A program made the position numbers and the translations under genes. 64,000 nucleotides of DNA from NCBI RefSeq assembly GCF_009834535.1, contig NC_045704.1:59086001-59150000 (forward strand). Direction: 5' to 3'. Positions 1-20,600 of the stretch are shown piece by piece. The notes under the pieces are model-generated. The model worked only from the letters and a program-made list of their open reading frames with translations, was not told the origin of the DNA and ran no database searches. This stretch comes from Camelus ferus (taxonomy: Eukaryota). Position 1 is the first letter of the stretch; each line of letters starts with the position of its first letter.

Positions 1-759
1 TCTTACAGAAAACTTTTGCCTTCCTGACCTAAAACTTATCTCTTCTATAAGGCTTATTCATTTAGGAGGTAATTTATTCGATGCTCATTGTGTATCCGAT
101 GCCAGACATTGTTTTAGGCATGGAAATACAGCAATTAAGAAGCCAAAGTCTTAGGGAGCTGAACATACTATGGGCAGAACTAGACAATAAATGAGGAAAC
201 AAATCAATGAGAGGAGTTCAGATTATAATAAATATTGTCACGTAATGTAACAGTTTAATGTATGGAGAGTGTCTTGGGGAGAGGCACAGCTCTGGAAAGA
301 TGAGGGGACGGACCGCCTGCTGCTGCCCTCAGCCTCTGCGCAGAGCTGGCCGCCGCTCACACACTCTTTAATGGGTCCAAGCAAGAACTGCAGCTGAGCT
401 CCAAGTCAGCGCGGCAGAGAAGTCCGCTCCACCTCCTGGGAAGCCATGCTCAGAGCCAAGTAAATAAAATCATGCTCTGAGAGGACCTAAAAGCAAACAA
501 AAATGTTCTCAGGCATAAATAGTATAGTCGGCCTCAGCATAGAGACAGAGAACCATTACTGGTTCTTCAGTTGGTCAGGACCTGCAGTAATTTCAGATGA
601 TACCACTAGTAAGACCATTCCAGTCATTCAGATATTAAATATACCTCTTTATCAGCTGGTGACCAGCTGTGACTCCAAGCCCCTCAATCCCCCACCCCCC
701 AATCCTGGAGAAGCCCTGGGTAGGCTCAGTGGATAATAATCCATCTGTTGTAGGAGGCA

Positions 760-1090
760 GTATGGTATAGGGCAGAGCTCAAGCTCTATCTGACTCCTAG
801 TGAAAATAGCTTATGACTTATATAATGATGTATATAATTATACAATGTCTTATATAATGAAGTGTGTGTGTGTGTGTGTGTATAACTTATATAAGGCTCT
901 ACTTGACTCCTCATATAATAACTGTGTTACATTGGCCATGCTGTTGAACCTCTCTGTATCTTCCTGTTTCCTCTTCTGTAAAGGTTTATACATCACAGGG
1001 TTGTGAGGATTAAATTAGTTAGCATATGTAAAATGCTTACAGCAGTGCCTGGCTCATGATAAACTCCCGATCAGTATTTACTGTTAATGA
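760..1090 (+). mobile_element. MIR SINE remnant interrupted by AT-rich and (GT)n sequence
   Basis: MIR core ctgtaaaggtt...gttgtgaggattaaattag...aaaatgcttacagcagtgcctggc. Confidence 0.6.
862..881. repeat. (GT)10 microsatellite
   Basis: Read directly. Confidence 0.9.
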
Positions 1091-1396
1091 TAATAGTATG
1101 AGTGATTATTTGGTACACATTAGACTGGTAAAATGCATTCCTATAAAACAATGATACACATATGGTAAGAATACAAAGAAGACACATCGAGTCGTGAGGA
1201 TGGTTGCCTGTAGGCAACAGTGACCAAAGGGAATACGTACGTTAGAACACTGATCACTGAGCTCCACCCCCAGAGATTCTGATTCTGTTCTGGTCTAAAA
1301 TATGGTTTGTCTGGCATGTGGCTAGGGAATCTCTGTTTTTTCAGAGTCAGCCCAGGGGATTAGGATGCACAGATGAACTAGGACACACTGGGTAGT

Positions 1397-2238
1397 TGTC
1401 CAGGAAAAACTCACTACTCTTTCAGAACACTTCTGCAATCAGATATGCGTGGGTTTATCTCACACCAGGCAATTCTGCAACACCAACTGGGTGTCCTACA
1501 ATTCAGTTTAATTCTGACACTAACCAGAGTTAGAACAGACTCTGTGGGTTAAGGGCTAAGTCTCACAAGGCTACCCCCTGCACTTCAGATGCCGATTAGA
1601 AGTCCAGATTGTCACCTGTGCTTCTGGCCAACCACTTGTAAATTGGGGTTCCCATGACTTTGCTAGCACAGTGCTCAGAACTCATATAAAGGATTTGATA
1701 AATGGCACAGATGACTAGCCAGATGAGGAGGTACATAGGGCAAGATCTGGAAGGGTTTAGCACAAGAGCTTCTGTGCCTTTGGAGGTGGGGTGCACCATG
1801 CTCCTGGCATGTAAATGTGCTCACCAATTTGGAAGATCTCCAAACCCACTACTTAAGGGATTTTTGTGGCGGCTTCATCACGCAGGCATGGTTGATCATT
1901 AACTCAGTCTCCATGTCCTCTCTCCTTCTCAGAGGATGGGGATGGAGCTGTGAAAGTTCCAAGCTTCTGTTCATGGCTTAGTTTTTCTGGTGATCAGCCC
2001 CCATCCTGAAGCTTTTCAGGAGCCCACCAAGAGTCACTTTGTTAGGTCAAAAGACACTCTTATCACCCCAGAAATTCCAAGGGATTTAGAAGCTCTGTGT
2101 CAGGAATCAGGGTCCAAGACCAAATATTAAAACAAAGATGCTCCTAGTACTCTTACCACTCAGAAAATTACAAGGGATTTAGAAAGGCTGTGCCAGGAAC
2201 CAGAGGCAGAGACCAATGTATATTTTTATTATCTCACA
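1397..2238 (-). mobile_element. Solo LTR, MER21-like (ERVL class)
   Basis: Reverse complement starts TGTGAGATAATAAAAATATACATTGGTCTCTGCC; has the internal duplicated block recalled for MER21. Confidence 0.75.
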
Positions 2239-2329
2239 CTGTCAGGAGTGTGCTCCTGGTGGAATCTGACACACATGGGGACACATTCCAGCCCTGCCAC
2301 TTTTCAGTTTCTTGGACAAGTTTTTTTTG

Positions 2330-2635
2330 TTGTTACTCTTATTTTTTATTGAAGTTTAGTTAATTTAAAGTGTTAGTTTCAGGTTTGCAAGAAAGCAATT
2401 CGGTTATACATATACATACAGATACATTTTTTTAGTTCTTTTTCTGTTACGTCTTATTACAAGAAATGAATATAGTTTCCTGTACTATAAAGTAGGTCCT
2501 ATTGTTTATCTATTTTATATATCGTAATGTATATCTGTTAATCCCAAACTCCTAATCTATCCCTTCCTCCTCCTTCCCCACGGTAATCACAGTTTGTTTT
2601 CTGTGAGTCTATTTCTGGCTTGTAAATAAAATTAA
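2330..2635 (-). mobile_element. 5'-truncated L1 3' end (artiodactyl type)
   Basis: T-rich head and the gtaggtcct...ttgtttatctattttatata motif shared with other copies in the window. Confidence 0.75.
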
Positions 2636-4049
2636 CATCAGTTTCCCCATATGTGAAAAAGAGATACTACCATTATATTAGTTAAGACTCTTCAACTTGA
2701 GAACTGAAACTCAAACTCATTAAACAATAACAAAAAAGCCAGGGAGTGGGGTGTTCATTGCTTATTAGTACTCAAAAGCAAACCACAGAGAAGTGGCTTT
2801 GGTGCTCGCCCAGGGGTGATGCAGGCACTCAGGCTTTTCAGGAGAGTGTTTGTGTCCGATTGCCTGTCCCTGGGCGTCCTCATTCTCTCCATCTTGCCCC
2901 ATTCTTAAGTCATCCCAGTTTGGTTTTATCCTCTCATACAAAAGGCAGGTAATGTCCATGTGGCAGGGACAGGACCACAGAGGTCCAGGATTCTGATTCT
3001 TCCAGATCCATAACCTGATGGGCAAGGTGGACTCACCCCTGTCAGCTTCAGTGGAAATATCCCAGTAAAGGGCCCTCGTTGGCCTTATATGGGTCATTTA
3101 TCATCCTGATGTCCGGGGTCAGGGATGTTGTGGCACCAGAAGTATGTGTGGTAGGAGTGAGTATGGAGGTGGGCAGTGGGGTGAGTGCTGAGCATACAAG
3201 ATTACAGTCACCATGACCCTCAGCTCAGACGGCTGAACTGAGATGCTCTGTATAAAAACATACGTGTGGTGCTCCCCTGTGGACAGTGGGCACTCAAGTA
3301 TCGGTTCCCTTCCCTTTCTCCTCTTGATTTGAATTCAAGAAAGGATGTTTATAATATATAAATATTTATACATTTTATATATTTTACATGTCTATAATAT
3401 TTACATAATATACATACACAGACATATATACATATATATGTATTCTTGAAAATTCCAAAAATCCTTCAGATCTGGTATGATGGTTGTAAACCTTAGAAAA
3501 AAACTTCTGCTAGCTTATTCCTTTCTCTCTGTTCCCTTTTTACTTGAAATAAGTTTATTTTATGGTCATCCCATTGGAATATTATGGTTGTTGCTGTTAA
3601 CTGTTTATATACCTTTAGCATAAATACGTCAATATTTTAACCTTGGCAGATCTGTGAGTTTATTTAATTCCCTCCAGGCATGGATGAAATTAAATGTTAG
3701 CATTTAGAACACTGAAACAAGAAAGTTGTGTGAATTTTTTTCTTTTAGGTTAAAGAGTCCAACTTTAAGAATAAATTGCAAAAACAGGGAGAGAGAGCTT
3801 TTCGTAAAGAATCAAAATTAATTAACCTTAGAAACAGAAAAAAGGAAGAAGAAATGAAAATGTGTTCAGCACTGGCCACTGTGCCAGATCTCTCTACTTA
3901 GATCATCTTAGTTTATCTGTGCAACAATCCAGTGAGAGGAGGGTCAGGGGTTCCATGCAGCACCCAGGCTCTGCCTTCTGGGAAGTCTAGAGATACATTT
4001 AGAACCTCAAGAAAGGATATTTAAATTTGATGATCTAAAACTTATTTCT

Positions 4050-4255
4050 TTTTTTATTGGAGTATAGTTGATTTACAATGTTGTGTTAGTTTCTGGTGTA
4101 CAGCATAGGGATTAGTCATACACACACACATACACACACACACACTTTTTCACTATAGGTTATTACAAGATATTGAATATAATCCCCTGTGCTGTACAGT
4201 AGGACCTTGTTGTCTATCCATTTTATATATAGTAGTTTGTATCTGCTAATCCCTT
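4050..4255 (-). mobile_element. 5'-truncated L1 3' end with internal (CA)n
   Basis: tttttattggagtatagttgatttacaatgttgtgttagtttctggtgtacagc motif. Confidence 0.75.
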
Positions 4256-4719
4256 AAACACAATTCTTATTTAAACCTCCTGGATATTTGGAGAAATACA
4301 CACAGCTGTGTAGATTATCTACTTTTGCTCACTCCTTCACCGAATCTAGTGATCTAAGGATTTACTTCCCTGGCGTAATTTGTAATTACTACACCACTTT
4401 TTCAAACTATTAATTTACTAGTTGAAACGAAATTCTTAAGACTTTTTCCTTATTAGTTTGTACCTTGTTGATTTACATGCAGGTCACTCAACTTCTTAGA
4501 CTCTGATTTTCTTCATTTCTTTAAAAAAGATGATGCTAATAGCACCCCCTACCTCTTATGGTTATTGTGAGGACTAATACTAGGTAAAATCTCTGTAAAA
4601 TGTAAGGAGAGAGTCCCAGAGTTAATAAGAAGCCTTTGTTCTTTAAGAAGGAAAGGAGAAAATTTCCCAAGTTGGTTCTATGTTATTCTCTTTTCTGGTA
4701 TGACCCCGAATGTCTGTGA

Positions 4720-4956
<237 letters not shown>

Positions 4957-5037
4957 TGATCCAAGTTGTTGATTTCCGGCCTCTGTGTCCTCCCATCTCA
5001 CCATGAAGGCCTTCAGTCAAAAGAGAGAAACCCAGGC

Positions 5038-5208
5038 TGTGCTTTGCTGGAGCCAGCTCATACAGGCTTATGTGAGGAATTTTATGAGCCAGCGGTTAAG
5101 CCGTCACTAGCTTGAATCAGCCAAGCTGGGAGTGCTCAAACCATGGAAATTGGCAAATGCTACTGATGATCAAGCTTCTTTTTGGAGAGCCGGGTTACCA
5201 GCACACTG
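5038..5208. mobile_element. hAT-Blackjack MER63-like DNA element
   Basis: gctggagccagctc ... ccagcacactg ends resemble MER63 termini (recall). Confidence 0.5.
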
Positions 5209-5524
5209 TTGGCTCAGGGGCTCATTGGGCACCTTTCTCATGACTCTTAGGATGAAATCCTGATGACTTAGCATGACCACAAGGCAAGGCTCCCTCACCT
5301 TGTCCCAAGCTCACTACACTTCACCCATTCTGGGCTTCTCGTGGTTCTTTAAAGGCACCAGGCTCCTTCCTCAGAACCTCTAAGATTAAGATTCCATCTC
5401 ACATCTGTCAGGAAGCCTTCCTTGAGCCCACCAGTCAAGTTTTGATAGTTATCCTTTAGAAATTTCATGCACTGTGTTCATTGCCATCAGAGAATTTATG
5501 GCCATGTGTATAGGTGGCATGTGA

Positions 5525-5870
5525 TAGGAGTGCTTCTCAAACTTAAAGAGTTACTTAGTGATCTTGTTAAAATACAGATTCTGACTCACTGGCTCTGGTG
5601 TGGGGCCTGAGAGTCTGCAGTTTTAACCAGCTCCCAGGTGAGGTCAGTGCTACCAGCCTGGAGAATAACAGGGCATAGGGCAGTGGTTCTCAAAGTGTGA
5701 TTAACTGACTGGCAGCATTGGCAACACCTGAGAACTTGTTATGAATGCACATTCATGGGCCCCCTCTTAGATGTACGGATCGAGAAACTCTGGGGGTGGA
5801 GTCCGCAGTTGATATCTTAACCAGTTCTCCAGGTAATTCTGATGGGAGCTGAAGTTTGAGAATCACTGAC
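5525..5870. mobile_element. Two adjacent MER5A-like hAT-Charlie MITEs
   Basis: agtgcttctcaaactt / cagtggttctcaaagt termini and ttgagaatcactg end. Confidence 0.65.
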
Positions 5871-5969
5871 ACAAAGGAAAGAGCATAAACTGTCAGGCAA
5901 ACTTGAGTTTAAAACTTTACTCTTTCATTTACCATTTGAGCAAGTTATCTGTCTTTCAATTCTCTGAAC

Positions 5970-10554
<4,585 letters not shown>

Positions 10555-12462
10555 TGAGGTCAAGGCTCCAGACTCTGCCCAGATCACCTCCCCTACTCTG
10601 TGACTTTTCTTCGGCTGCCTACTTCAGTGAATGTTTATTGAACTGAACTGTTAAGTGCACCTTAACTCTTGAATCTCCACATCATTCATTCAATCATTTA
10701 TTCACTAACTCATCCATTCATTCATTCTTCAACAAATCAGTATTTACCAAGCCTCAGCTATGTTTAGTGCTTCTTTGCCTTCCCATTAATTATTATTCAT
10801 ACTTCAGTAGAAGAAACAGAAGACCTGATCTGCACTAGCAAAAATTGAAGGGGAAGTTGTATACGTGTTACAATAAATAACACACAAAACTTGAAAGTCT
10901 GTTTCTCAAATCCACCACCAACTCTAATACCAGGTACCATTTGTTTGCACTTTGTGATCTCGATGTGATTTTAATTACATTAATCCTGCATAATTGAGGC
11001 AAAAAGGAAAAAAATTAACCCTGAATCATCAGGGTCTTTCTGACTCTGATGATGTGACTTGGAATTAATAACAAATACTTTAACTCACAGTCTGTGCTCC
11101 CAATTGAAAATATACTGTATCTGGCAGTCAGTGACTAGAAAGAATGAGTCGTTAACTTTCAGGTCAAAACCAATAGGATTTTAGAGCTTGTAGAGACTCT
11201 TACAAAGGGATAAACTGAGTAACTTGTTTTAAGGTCTTACAGGCTGCAGCGAAGGTAGATCTCAGATCTCCTGCCCAGTTCCCTGGAGCACCTTGCTTTG
11301 TCAACACAGCTGTGATCACTGCTTCTTGTGGGAGATTGGTCCTTCCCATTGGGTCAATATACCATCTCTACCAAGACAGCTCACAGTTACAAAATCTCCT
11401 CTCTTCTACTTTGAATCATACTTCAGGATTACGCAGGATTTTTTTCCCCTCTAAAAAAAATGGAATAAATGTTTATTTCAGTTGCAGAGTTCGTGTAAGT
11501 GGTAAGTCCTCCAAGCATGTCTGTGATTCTAGACTCAGGATTGGAGATCAGATGGAGCAATGCTACGGGAGCATCCAGCTGAAAAGATCACTGTCCCATT
11601 TCAGTTGAGGCAGATCCTCAACTTCAGGAATCACATTCACTTCCTCAGAAAGAACCTGAGAGGGACCCAGGCCACCAGATCAGATGTTACTGGTTTTTCG
11701 GTTTGTTGCCAACAGAGTGGGTGGGGAGAAATCGAGAGGCAACCTCAAACTATTAAAACTCATCCATGCAGATACTGTGAGTCCAGGACATAATTTTAGC
11801 TTTAGAGATTTCCCTCCTCCGCTTGCTCAGTTCAGCCGCTGCAGGGCAGACAGCAAAGCTGATGGTAGAGGGTGTGGGATTGCGGTCGACGTGGAGGTAG
11901 GCTTTCCTCGGCACGTTAATTTACTCCAGGGCTTTAACCTTCAGGCAGAACCCGCAAACCACAGGAAGGGGAGGTGATCAATAGGCACCACTTGTGAGCA
12001 CGGGGCTTTTCAACTTCTCCAACGTTTTCTGAGCCTTTTCTGTTTCTCTTCTCCCCAAACACGCAAACCCCATACCACGACAGAGCAAGACTGGCTTCCA
12101 CGCTCCACTGCTTTCCAAAAGAGCCTTTATTCTTCAGCTTAATGATCTGGCAGTCAGCATTTGTGTTCACGCTGGCGGCCACGCTGCGATGCACACTCCA
12201 GCCAAACATTCACAACACTCTGCCCGGGCCCCAGGCGCTAGTCAGCATCCGATAACAAAGGGTGGAAACGTGTTGGAGTCTGTTTGACGCCGATGAAAAC
12301 TGTTGGAAAGGCAGTTGTGAAACAGGCTCCAGATTCTTCTTCCAATTGAATATTATGTTGTTTTTCTAATGGTCTGGACCTCGCCCTCCTGTGTAGGGGA
12401 TATTAACACCTTCCTGCTTTGATTACTTCCTAGTGCATTCGTGCTCGTGTTTTTCGTTATGA

Positions 12463-12627
<165 letters not shown>

Positions 12628-13239
12628 TGACCTTTTAAGTCATCCTACCCGTTCCGTTTAAAGCTTGATGTCACCTACTTTGTGTAACAACCATGAGCAT
12701 GCCCTGTGTGTAAATAGAGTTTAACTTCCAGCTATGGAAACATTTCTGAAGTTCACTTCACTTGTCCCAATGCTGCATTTCTGTACAGTTGTATGAGAAT
12801 ATATACCTTTTAAAAAATTAGTTATGATTTAATACACACTTGGGAAGCTGATAACCTAAAGATATCCTGTAACAAATCCTTCTACAAAGTGAAAAATCCC
12901 TTGGAAAAATAAATATCTCATTCTTTTTATTTTATGTAAATCTGGTTTGTTCACTTGGTATTTGCTGGAGAATATTACTTAAACATAGTAGCATATTTAA
13001 ATTTACGAGCTGTCTTATTTCTTCAAAAATCTCTGGAAATATAAATTTTAAAATGTCAACCTGCTCTGATTTTATTTGATACATTCCTACAAATAAGGTG
13101 TTTAGTATAAAAAAAGGTGTGTTGCCACTTACTTCAAAGTATAATTTTAGAAGTGTAGTATGATGCCAACAAAAGGTTGCCTCAAAATGTAATAAAACCA
13201 CACTTGTAAATCTTAACATTTCTTTCTTTTTCTAAAGGA

Positions 13240-13425
13240 ACTTTTATTTATTTATTTATTTGGTGGGCATAATTAGGTTTATTTATATTTATATTTTTAT
13301 TGTTTTGGCTCCCCGTCAGGGAATTATTTTTATTTTTAAATGGATTATTTTTAATTACTGGGGATTGAACCCACAACCTCTACATGCTAAGCATGCGCTC
13401 TCCCGCTGAGTTATACCCTCCCCCC
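13240..13425 (-). mobile_element. tRNA-derived SINE (Vic-1-like, camelid)
   Basis: Head GGGGAGGGTATAACTCAGCGGGAGAGCGCATGCTTAGCATG...GGTTCAATCCCC with A and B boxes; AT-rich tail. Confidence 0.8.
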
Positions 13426-15373
13426 TTAATATTTACTTCTTGGTCAGTGTACCATCTGGCTGATTTATCACTCCTTTCATTTCACTAAAATACTTTTAAG
13501 TTCCTCCCATATGCCCAGGGTACTGGGGATGTTAGAAATGAGTGAGACACATAAGAAGCTTACAGAGCGGGGCACATGGTGGGCTCTCAAGAGATGTGTG
13601 ATGGAGGGACAGAATGACGTGAGAAGTCTGGTGGGTACGTGAACCGTTCATCACAGATGGGGGTGTGCACGGGCTCGTGAGAGCGCTGAGCAAGGGCATC
13701 CCGGTCCATAACCGGCTCACAGTGCTCACTGAAGCCCAAGATCTTAACGCAGCCACAGTTCTTGTATGTTGGGAAAAGCGCGAAGTCAGTTGGCTTCTTG
13801 TCATGACTAAGCCACCAAGCAGCTCGGTGGTGGTGTTCGTTAATCCTCTGCACCTTGTTTTCCTCATCTGTGAAAGGAGCTTAACCTGATCAATTCCTAA
13901 CCCTCTTCCAGTTACAATATCTTAGCATCTATAAAACAGAGGTATATAGGCTGCAGTTCCAAACAGAAATACATCTGGGGACTAGACCCACTAATCCATG
14001 AGTACCTCTCTGAAACATTTCATCACTGTGCTATGTCCAAGTTTCAGAACCTTCACAACATAAAGCAGAGACATGGTCAAAGCAAGCTCTTCTTCTGCTG
14101 TTCTGAGAAGTTCGCAAGTCTTTCTCATTTAAAGTAGGGATTATGCCAAAATGACGGCTGGATCCACCTTTTATGTACCAGAAAATCAGCTTGTATTCTT
14201 TGAAGCTCAGTCTATGCTATTTTGTTTGTTTTTTTTTCTCTTTAACAGTAGATTTTGGCTCTGGCAGAAATGTAACCTGCAGATTTCTTCGTATCTAAAT
14301 CTAGCCACCGTTCAGCTTGGTTCATTGCCAACACTAAATGCATGTCCTCCAAGGGAGGGTGCAGCAGTGTGATGGCGGTACTCCCGCCCCACGTGCAGAG
14401 TGTCGTCACTCCCCAGCCCGGCTCTGACTGTTGGGCTTGGAGAGCTAACGGTCCAGGTCTCAGAAACAGAGCTGTTGGAATTCTTCCAGCATGCAGACGT
14501 TCACAAGCACAGTGCTGAAAAAACTGAAACAGTTTTCCACTCTATTATTTATAAAACTCTATTGAAGAAAAAACAAATTCCGTTCGTATCTAATTGCTTT
14601 CCATGTGGTAGTTTCTCACTTGTTTTTTTCAGATAACTGTTCTCAAATCCTCTTTGTAACCCACCTCCTCAAGAGGCAGCTTAGAAGTACAAACCGCTCT
14701 TTCTTTCCCGGCTAGTGTTCTTTTCAAGGAACAAGGCCAGAAGCCCAGTCCTTGCTGTGTTGCGTCTTCATTGTATATATCAGGTTTCTTTTTTGTTGAT
14801 ATGAACTTCGTCTGTGTAGCTTTCAGATCTAAGCAGTTTGGCATTTAAACTAATTCTGTCTCCCTCTACTGGCTTGGCCAGGTTACAGGTCCTACACTAG
14901 GAATACAGTAAACCAAGGTGCAGGGCTGGGAAATTGTGGTGTTCACCCAATCTCTTAGATTAAATTTAAGATTAAATTTATATTTCTCTTGGAGTAAGTG
15001 TATGTATCATTATCTGCAAGGATGACAATAATAGAGACTTGCTACTGATATTCAAGAAATAGCACAATTATAGACATTATAAAAGTTTGCCCTCAGTGCC
15101 CCCTCCTGCACCCTGGCATTTAGTTTCCTTATGCTTTTTCCTAAATAGCCCCTGCTTCTCTCCTTCAGCAGCATATCCTGGGTCCCACTTGGAATTCTAC
15201 CTAACTAATCTGTGAAGTAATTCTTCTAAATGCTGGAACAGCAATCATTCATTAGTGACAAATTTACAGATGAGAAAACAAGATCAGAGAGTTTAAGTAG
15301 CTTGTCCAAAGTCATGTTAAAACCAAGGTTAGAACTCATTCATGCCTGATTCTAAAGCTACGTTGTCTTGTAG

Positions 15374-16846
<1,473 letters not shown>

Positions 16847-17620
16847 TAGGTCAGGTAAGTAATAAATGGTAATTTGATTGTCACCCATTCAGATTTGCAG
16901 CCTTAGACCTCGAGTTTGTTCCTGTCTTCTTAACAGCCAGGAACCAATGAGCCTCTTAGTCCGGTGGAAATACTTGTTTTTAATAACTGTAACAGCTTAC
17001 CCCTTTATACTCACTGTCTGTCTAATCTTCATACCATCTACAAAATAGATGTTTTCCCCACTTTACAAATAAGGAAAATGAAGCTCAGAGAATCTTGAAG
17101 AAGTAAAAACCCCACCTGCTTCAGTGATTCTAAAAGTTCATTCTCAAGTGCTGTTTTCGATGTTGATGCGACTCTCCCAAAAAGAAACAGCACATGTCCT
17201 TTTGGACTCGAGAACTCAGTTAGGCCAGTGGTTCTCAAATCTTTTGGACTTATGTCTCCTTATATGTTCTTAAAAATTATTGAGGAGCCCCCAAAGCTTT
17301 TATTTATATGGGTCACATTTATCAACATTTACAAAATTAGAATTAAAACTGGGGAAATTTTAAAATTTCTTTTTTTAAAAAATAATAAACCCAGTACATT
17401 AACAGAAATAAATTGTTAATGAAAAATAACCATTTTCCAAAAATTTAGTAAGAGGAGCATTGTTTTACATTTTTATGAATTTCTTTAATGTCTGGCTTAA
17501 TAGAACATGGCTGGATTATCACATATGCTCTGTATTCAGCCTGTCACCATATCACACATCACATAGTCTCTGGAAAAGTCCACTGTATGCACTAATGAGA
17601 GGAAAAGGCAAATAACATCT

Positions 17621-20600
17621 TGCATTAGTTTCCCGAGGCTGCCATAACAAAGTTCCACAAATCAGGGGGCTTAAAACAACAGGTATTTATTCTCTTGGAG
17701 TTTTGGAGGCCAGAGGTTCAAAATCAAGGTGTCAGCAGGGTTGGTTCCTTCCAGAGGCTCTGAGAGAATTTGTTCTACGCTTCTTTCCTAACTTCTGGTG
17801 GTTGCCAGCAGTCCTTGGTGATCCTTGGCTGATAACTGCACCACCCTGATCTCTGGCTCTGTCTCCAAGTGGCATTCTTCCCTGTGTATTTCTGTCTCTC
17901 CTTATAAGAGCAACAGCCGTTACTTCATCTTAACTTGATTGCATCTATAAAGACTATTTACAAATAAGGTCACATTCATAGGTTCTGGTAGACATGAGTT
18001 TTATGGGGGCAAACTCAGTACAGTCTTCCCCCAGACCCCCAAAATTCACATCCATCTCCCACGCAAAATACACTCACTCCATCCAGCATTCCCTGAAGTC
18101 GTCACCCATTCCAGCATTAACTCTAAGTCCAAAATCTCATCTAAATATCATCAGCTCTGTTAGTTCCACATCTCATCATCTAAATTAGGTTTGGGGGAGG
18201 CTCTGCTGACCTATCCTAGTGACCTCTCCATCTGTGGGCCTGTGAAATGAGAAAACAAGCTGTCAGCTTGCAAGATACAATGGTGGGATAAGCACAGGAC
18301 AGACATTCCCATTCCAGAAGGAGAAAGTGGAGGCATAAAGGAGTCACTGGTCTAGTGTGTTTGCAATGCAGTGGGGTAGATTTTATGTTTCAGGGCCTCA
18401 GAAGAATCATCTGTGTCTTGATCTGCCCTCTGGGCCACAGGGGTTTCGCCGTCTCACCCTCTGGATCCTCGGGGGCCTTGTTGGCCCCACCCTCTCAGTT
18501 CCTAGCCTGGATAGTCTTACCCTCTGGGCAGCCTATTTCCTGCTTCTAGAATCCCAGAGGTCCGGCAGCCTTCCCTCATTTCCTCTCTGTCCCCCCACCC
18601 CCACCCTAGGCCAGGCAGGCAGGGTTCCTGCTGATAGAACATCCTCAGAAACTGTCAGTCTTCCATGGACGTCAGGGGCTGCACACCAGTAGACTTGAAA
18701 GGTCCCCACAGATCCTCCCTGGGAAGTCTCATCTCTCTTCCGAGCTTCTGCTGAGATGGTTGGCTGTGTCACGAGCCTGATTTCTCCACCGGGTTTTCCG
18801 GCGGCACCCTTGATGAACTATCCAGAGCGCATCTCGGCATCCCTTGGAACACGGATAGGCTGTGAATTTCCCACATCACCATGTTCTGGTTTCTTTCTGC
18901 TGACCATTTCCTTCCTCTTGCATTTTACTATAAGCAGCAAGAAACCAGGCCATGTCTTCCAAATTTTGCTTAGAAACGTCAGCTGAATATCCAAGTTCAT
19001 TGTTTGCAAGTTCTACTTTTCACTCAAAAGCAGAACACAATTCAGACACATTTTCTGCCACTTTGCAACAAGGATCACTTTTCCTCCACTATCCAATGAC
19101 ATGTTTGTTTCCACATGAGGTCTTACCAAAAGCACCTTTAGTGTTCATATTTCTCCCAGCATTGTTCATGATATGAAATTCTCTAAGGTGGCTGAAGTAT
19201 TCTGTACTGTCCCCTTCACTTCCTTCTGAGTCCTCACCAAAACTGTCTTTAATGTCCATTATTTCTACCAACAGTCTCTTCAAGGTATGATCCAGATCTT
19301 TTCTATCACGCAGCTCAAAATTCTTCCAGTTTTTACCCATTACTTGATTCCAAAGACATTTCCACATTTTACAGTATTTGCTATAGCAGCACCCAATTTC
19401 TTGGTACAAAAATCTGCTATTATTTTTTTATTAAAGTAGTCAGTTCACGATCTGTCAATTTATGGTGTACAGCATGTGTCAGTCATGCATATACATATAT
19501 ATACATGTTTTCACAGTCTGTTTCGTTATATGTTACTACAAGATACTGAATATAGTTCCCTGTGCTGTATAGTAGGACATTGTTGTTTATCTATTTTATA
19601 TATAGCAGTTAATATTTGCAAATCTTGAACTCCCAATTTATCCCTTCCGATCATCCCCTTTACCCCCAGGCAACCATAAGTTTACTATGTGAGTCTATTT
19701 CTGTTTTGTAGAAAAGTTCATTAGTGTCTTCATTTTTCCTCTTTTAGATTCCACATATGAATGATATGTGGTATCTTTCTCTTTCTGGCTTACTTCACTT
19801 ACAGTGACGATCTCCAGGTCCATCCCTGTTGCTGCAAATAGCATTATTTTCTTCTTTTTTATGGCTAGTATTCCAGTCATCTGTTGTTAGACATTTAGGT
19901 TGTTTCCATGTCTTGGCTATTGTAAATAGTGCTTCTGTCAACATTGGGGTGCATGTATCTTTTCAAATTTGAGTTCCTTCCANNNNNNNNNNNNNNNNNN
20001 NNNNNNNNNNNNNNNNNNNNNNNNNNNNNNNNNNNNNNNNNNNNNNNNNNNNNNNNNNNNNNNNNNNNNNNNNNNNNNNNNNNNNNNNNNNNNNNNNNNN
20101 NNNNNNNNNNNNNNNNNNNNNNNNNNNNNNNNNNNNNNNNNNNNNNNNNACTTTTGAATGATGCCAGTCTGACTGGTGTGAGGTAATACCTCATTGTAGT
20201 TTTTATTTGCATTTCTCTGATAATTACCAATAATTGAGCATTTTTTCATGTGCCTATTGGACATTTGTATGTCTTCATTGGAGAATTGCTTGTTTAGGTC
20301 TTCTGCCCATTTTTGGATTGGGTTGTTTGGTTTTTGTTAAGTTGTATAAGCTGTTTATATATTCTGGAAATTAAGCGTTTGTCAGTCACATCATTTGCAA
20401 ATATGTTCTCCCATTCTGTAGGTTGTCATTTTGTTTTGCTTATGGTTTCCTTTGTTGTGCAAAAGCTTATAGGTTTAATTAGGTCTCATTGTTAATTTTT
20501 GCTTTTATTTCTAATGCCTGGGTAGACTGCCCTAGAACATTACAATGATTTAAGTCACAGAATGTTTTGCCTATGTTTTCTTCTAGGGGGCTTACAGTGT

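Noticed and set aside
2060-2220. Direct repeat of about 60 bp (caagggatttagaa...caggaa...agaccaa)
   Set aside because: Internal feature of the MER21-like LTR, not an independent array
3748-3900. Acceptor-like ttttag followed by a lysine-rich open frame (VKESNFKNKLQKQGER...)
   Set aside because: No donor before the stop and no resemblance to the recalled SPAG17 protein; A-rich chance frame
13370-13425. tRNA-like sequences (also at about 37765-37837)
   Set aside because: These are SINE heads with AT-rich tails and TSDs; they lack a complete cloverleaf and acceptor stem, so they are not tRNA genes
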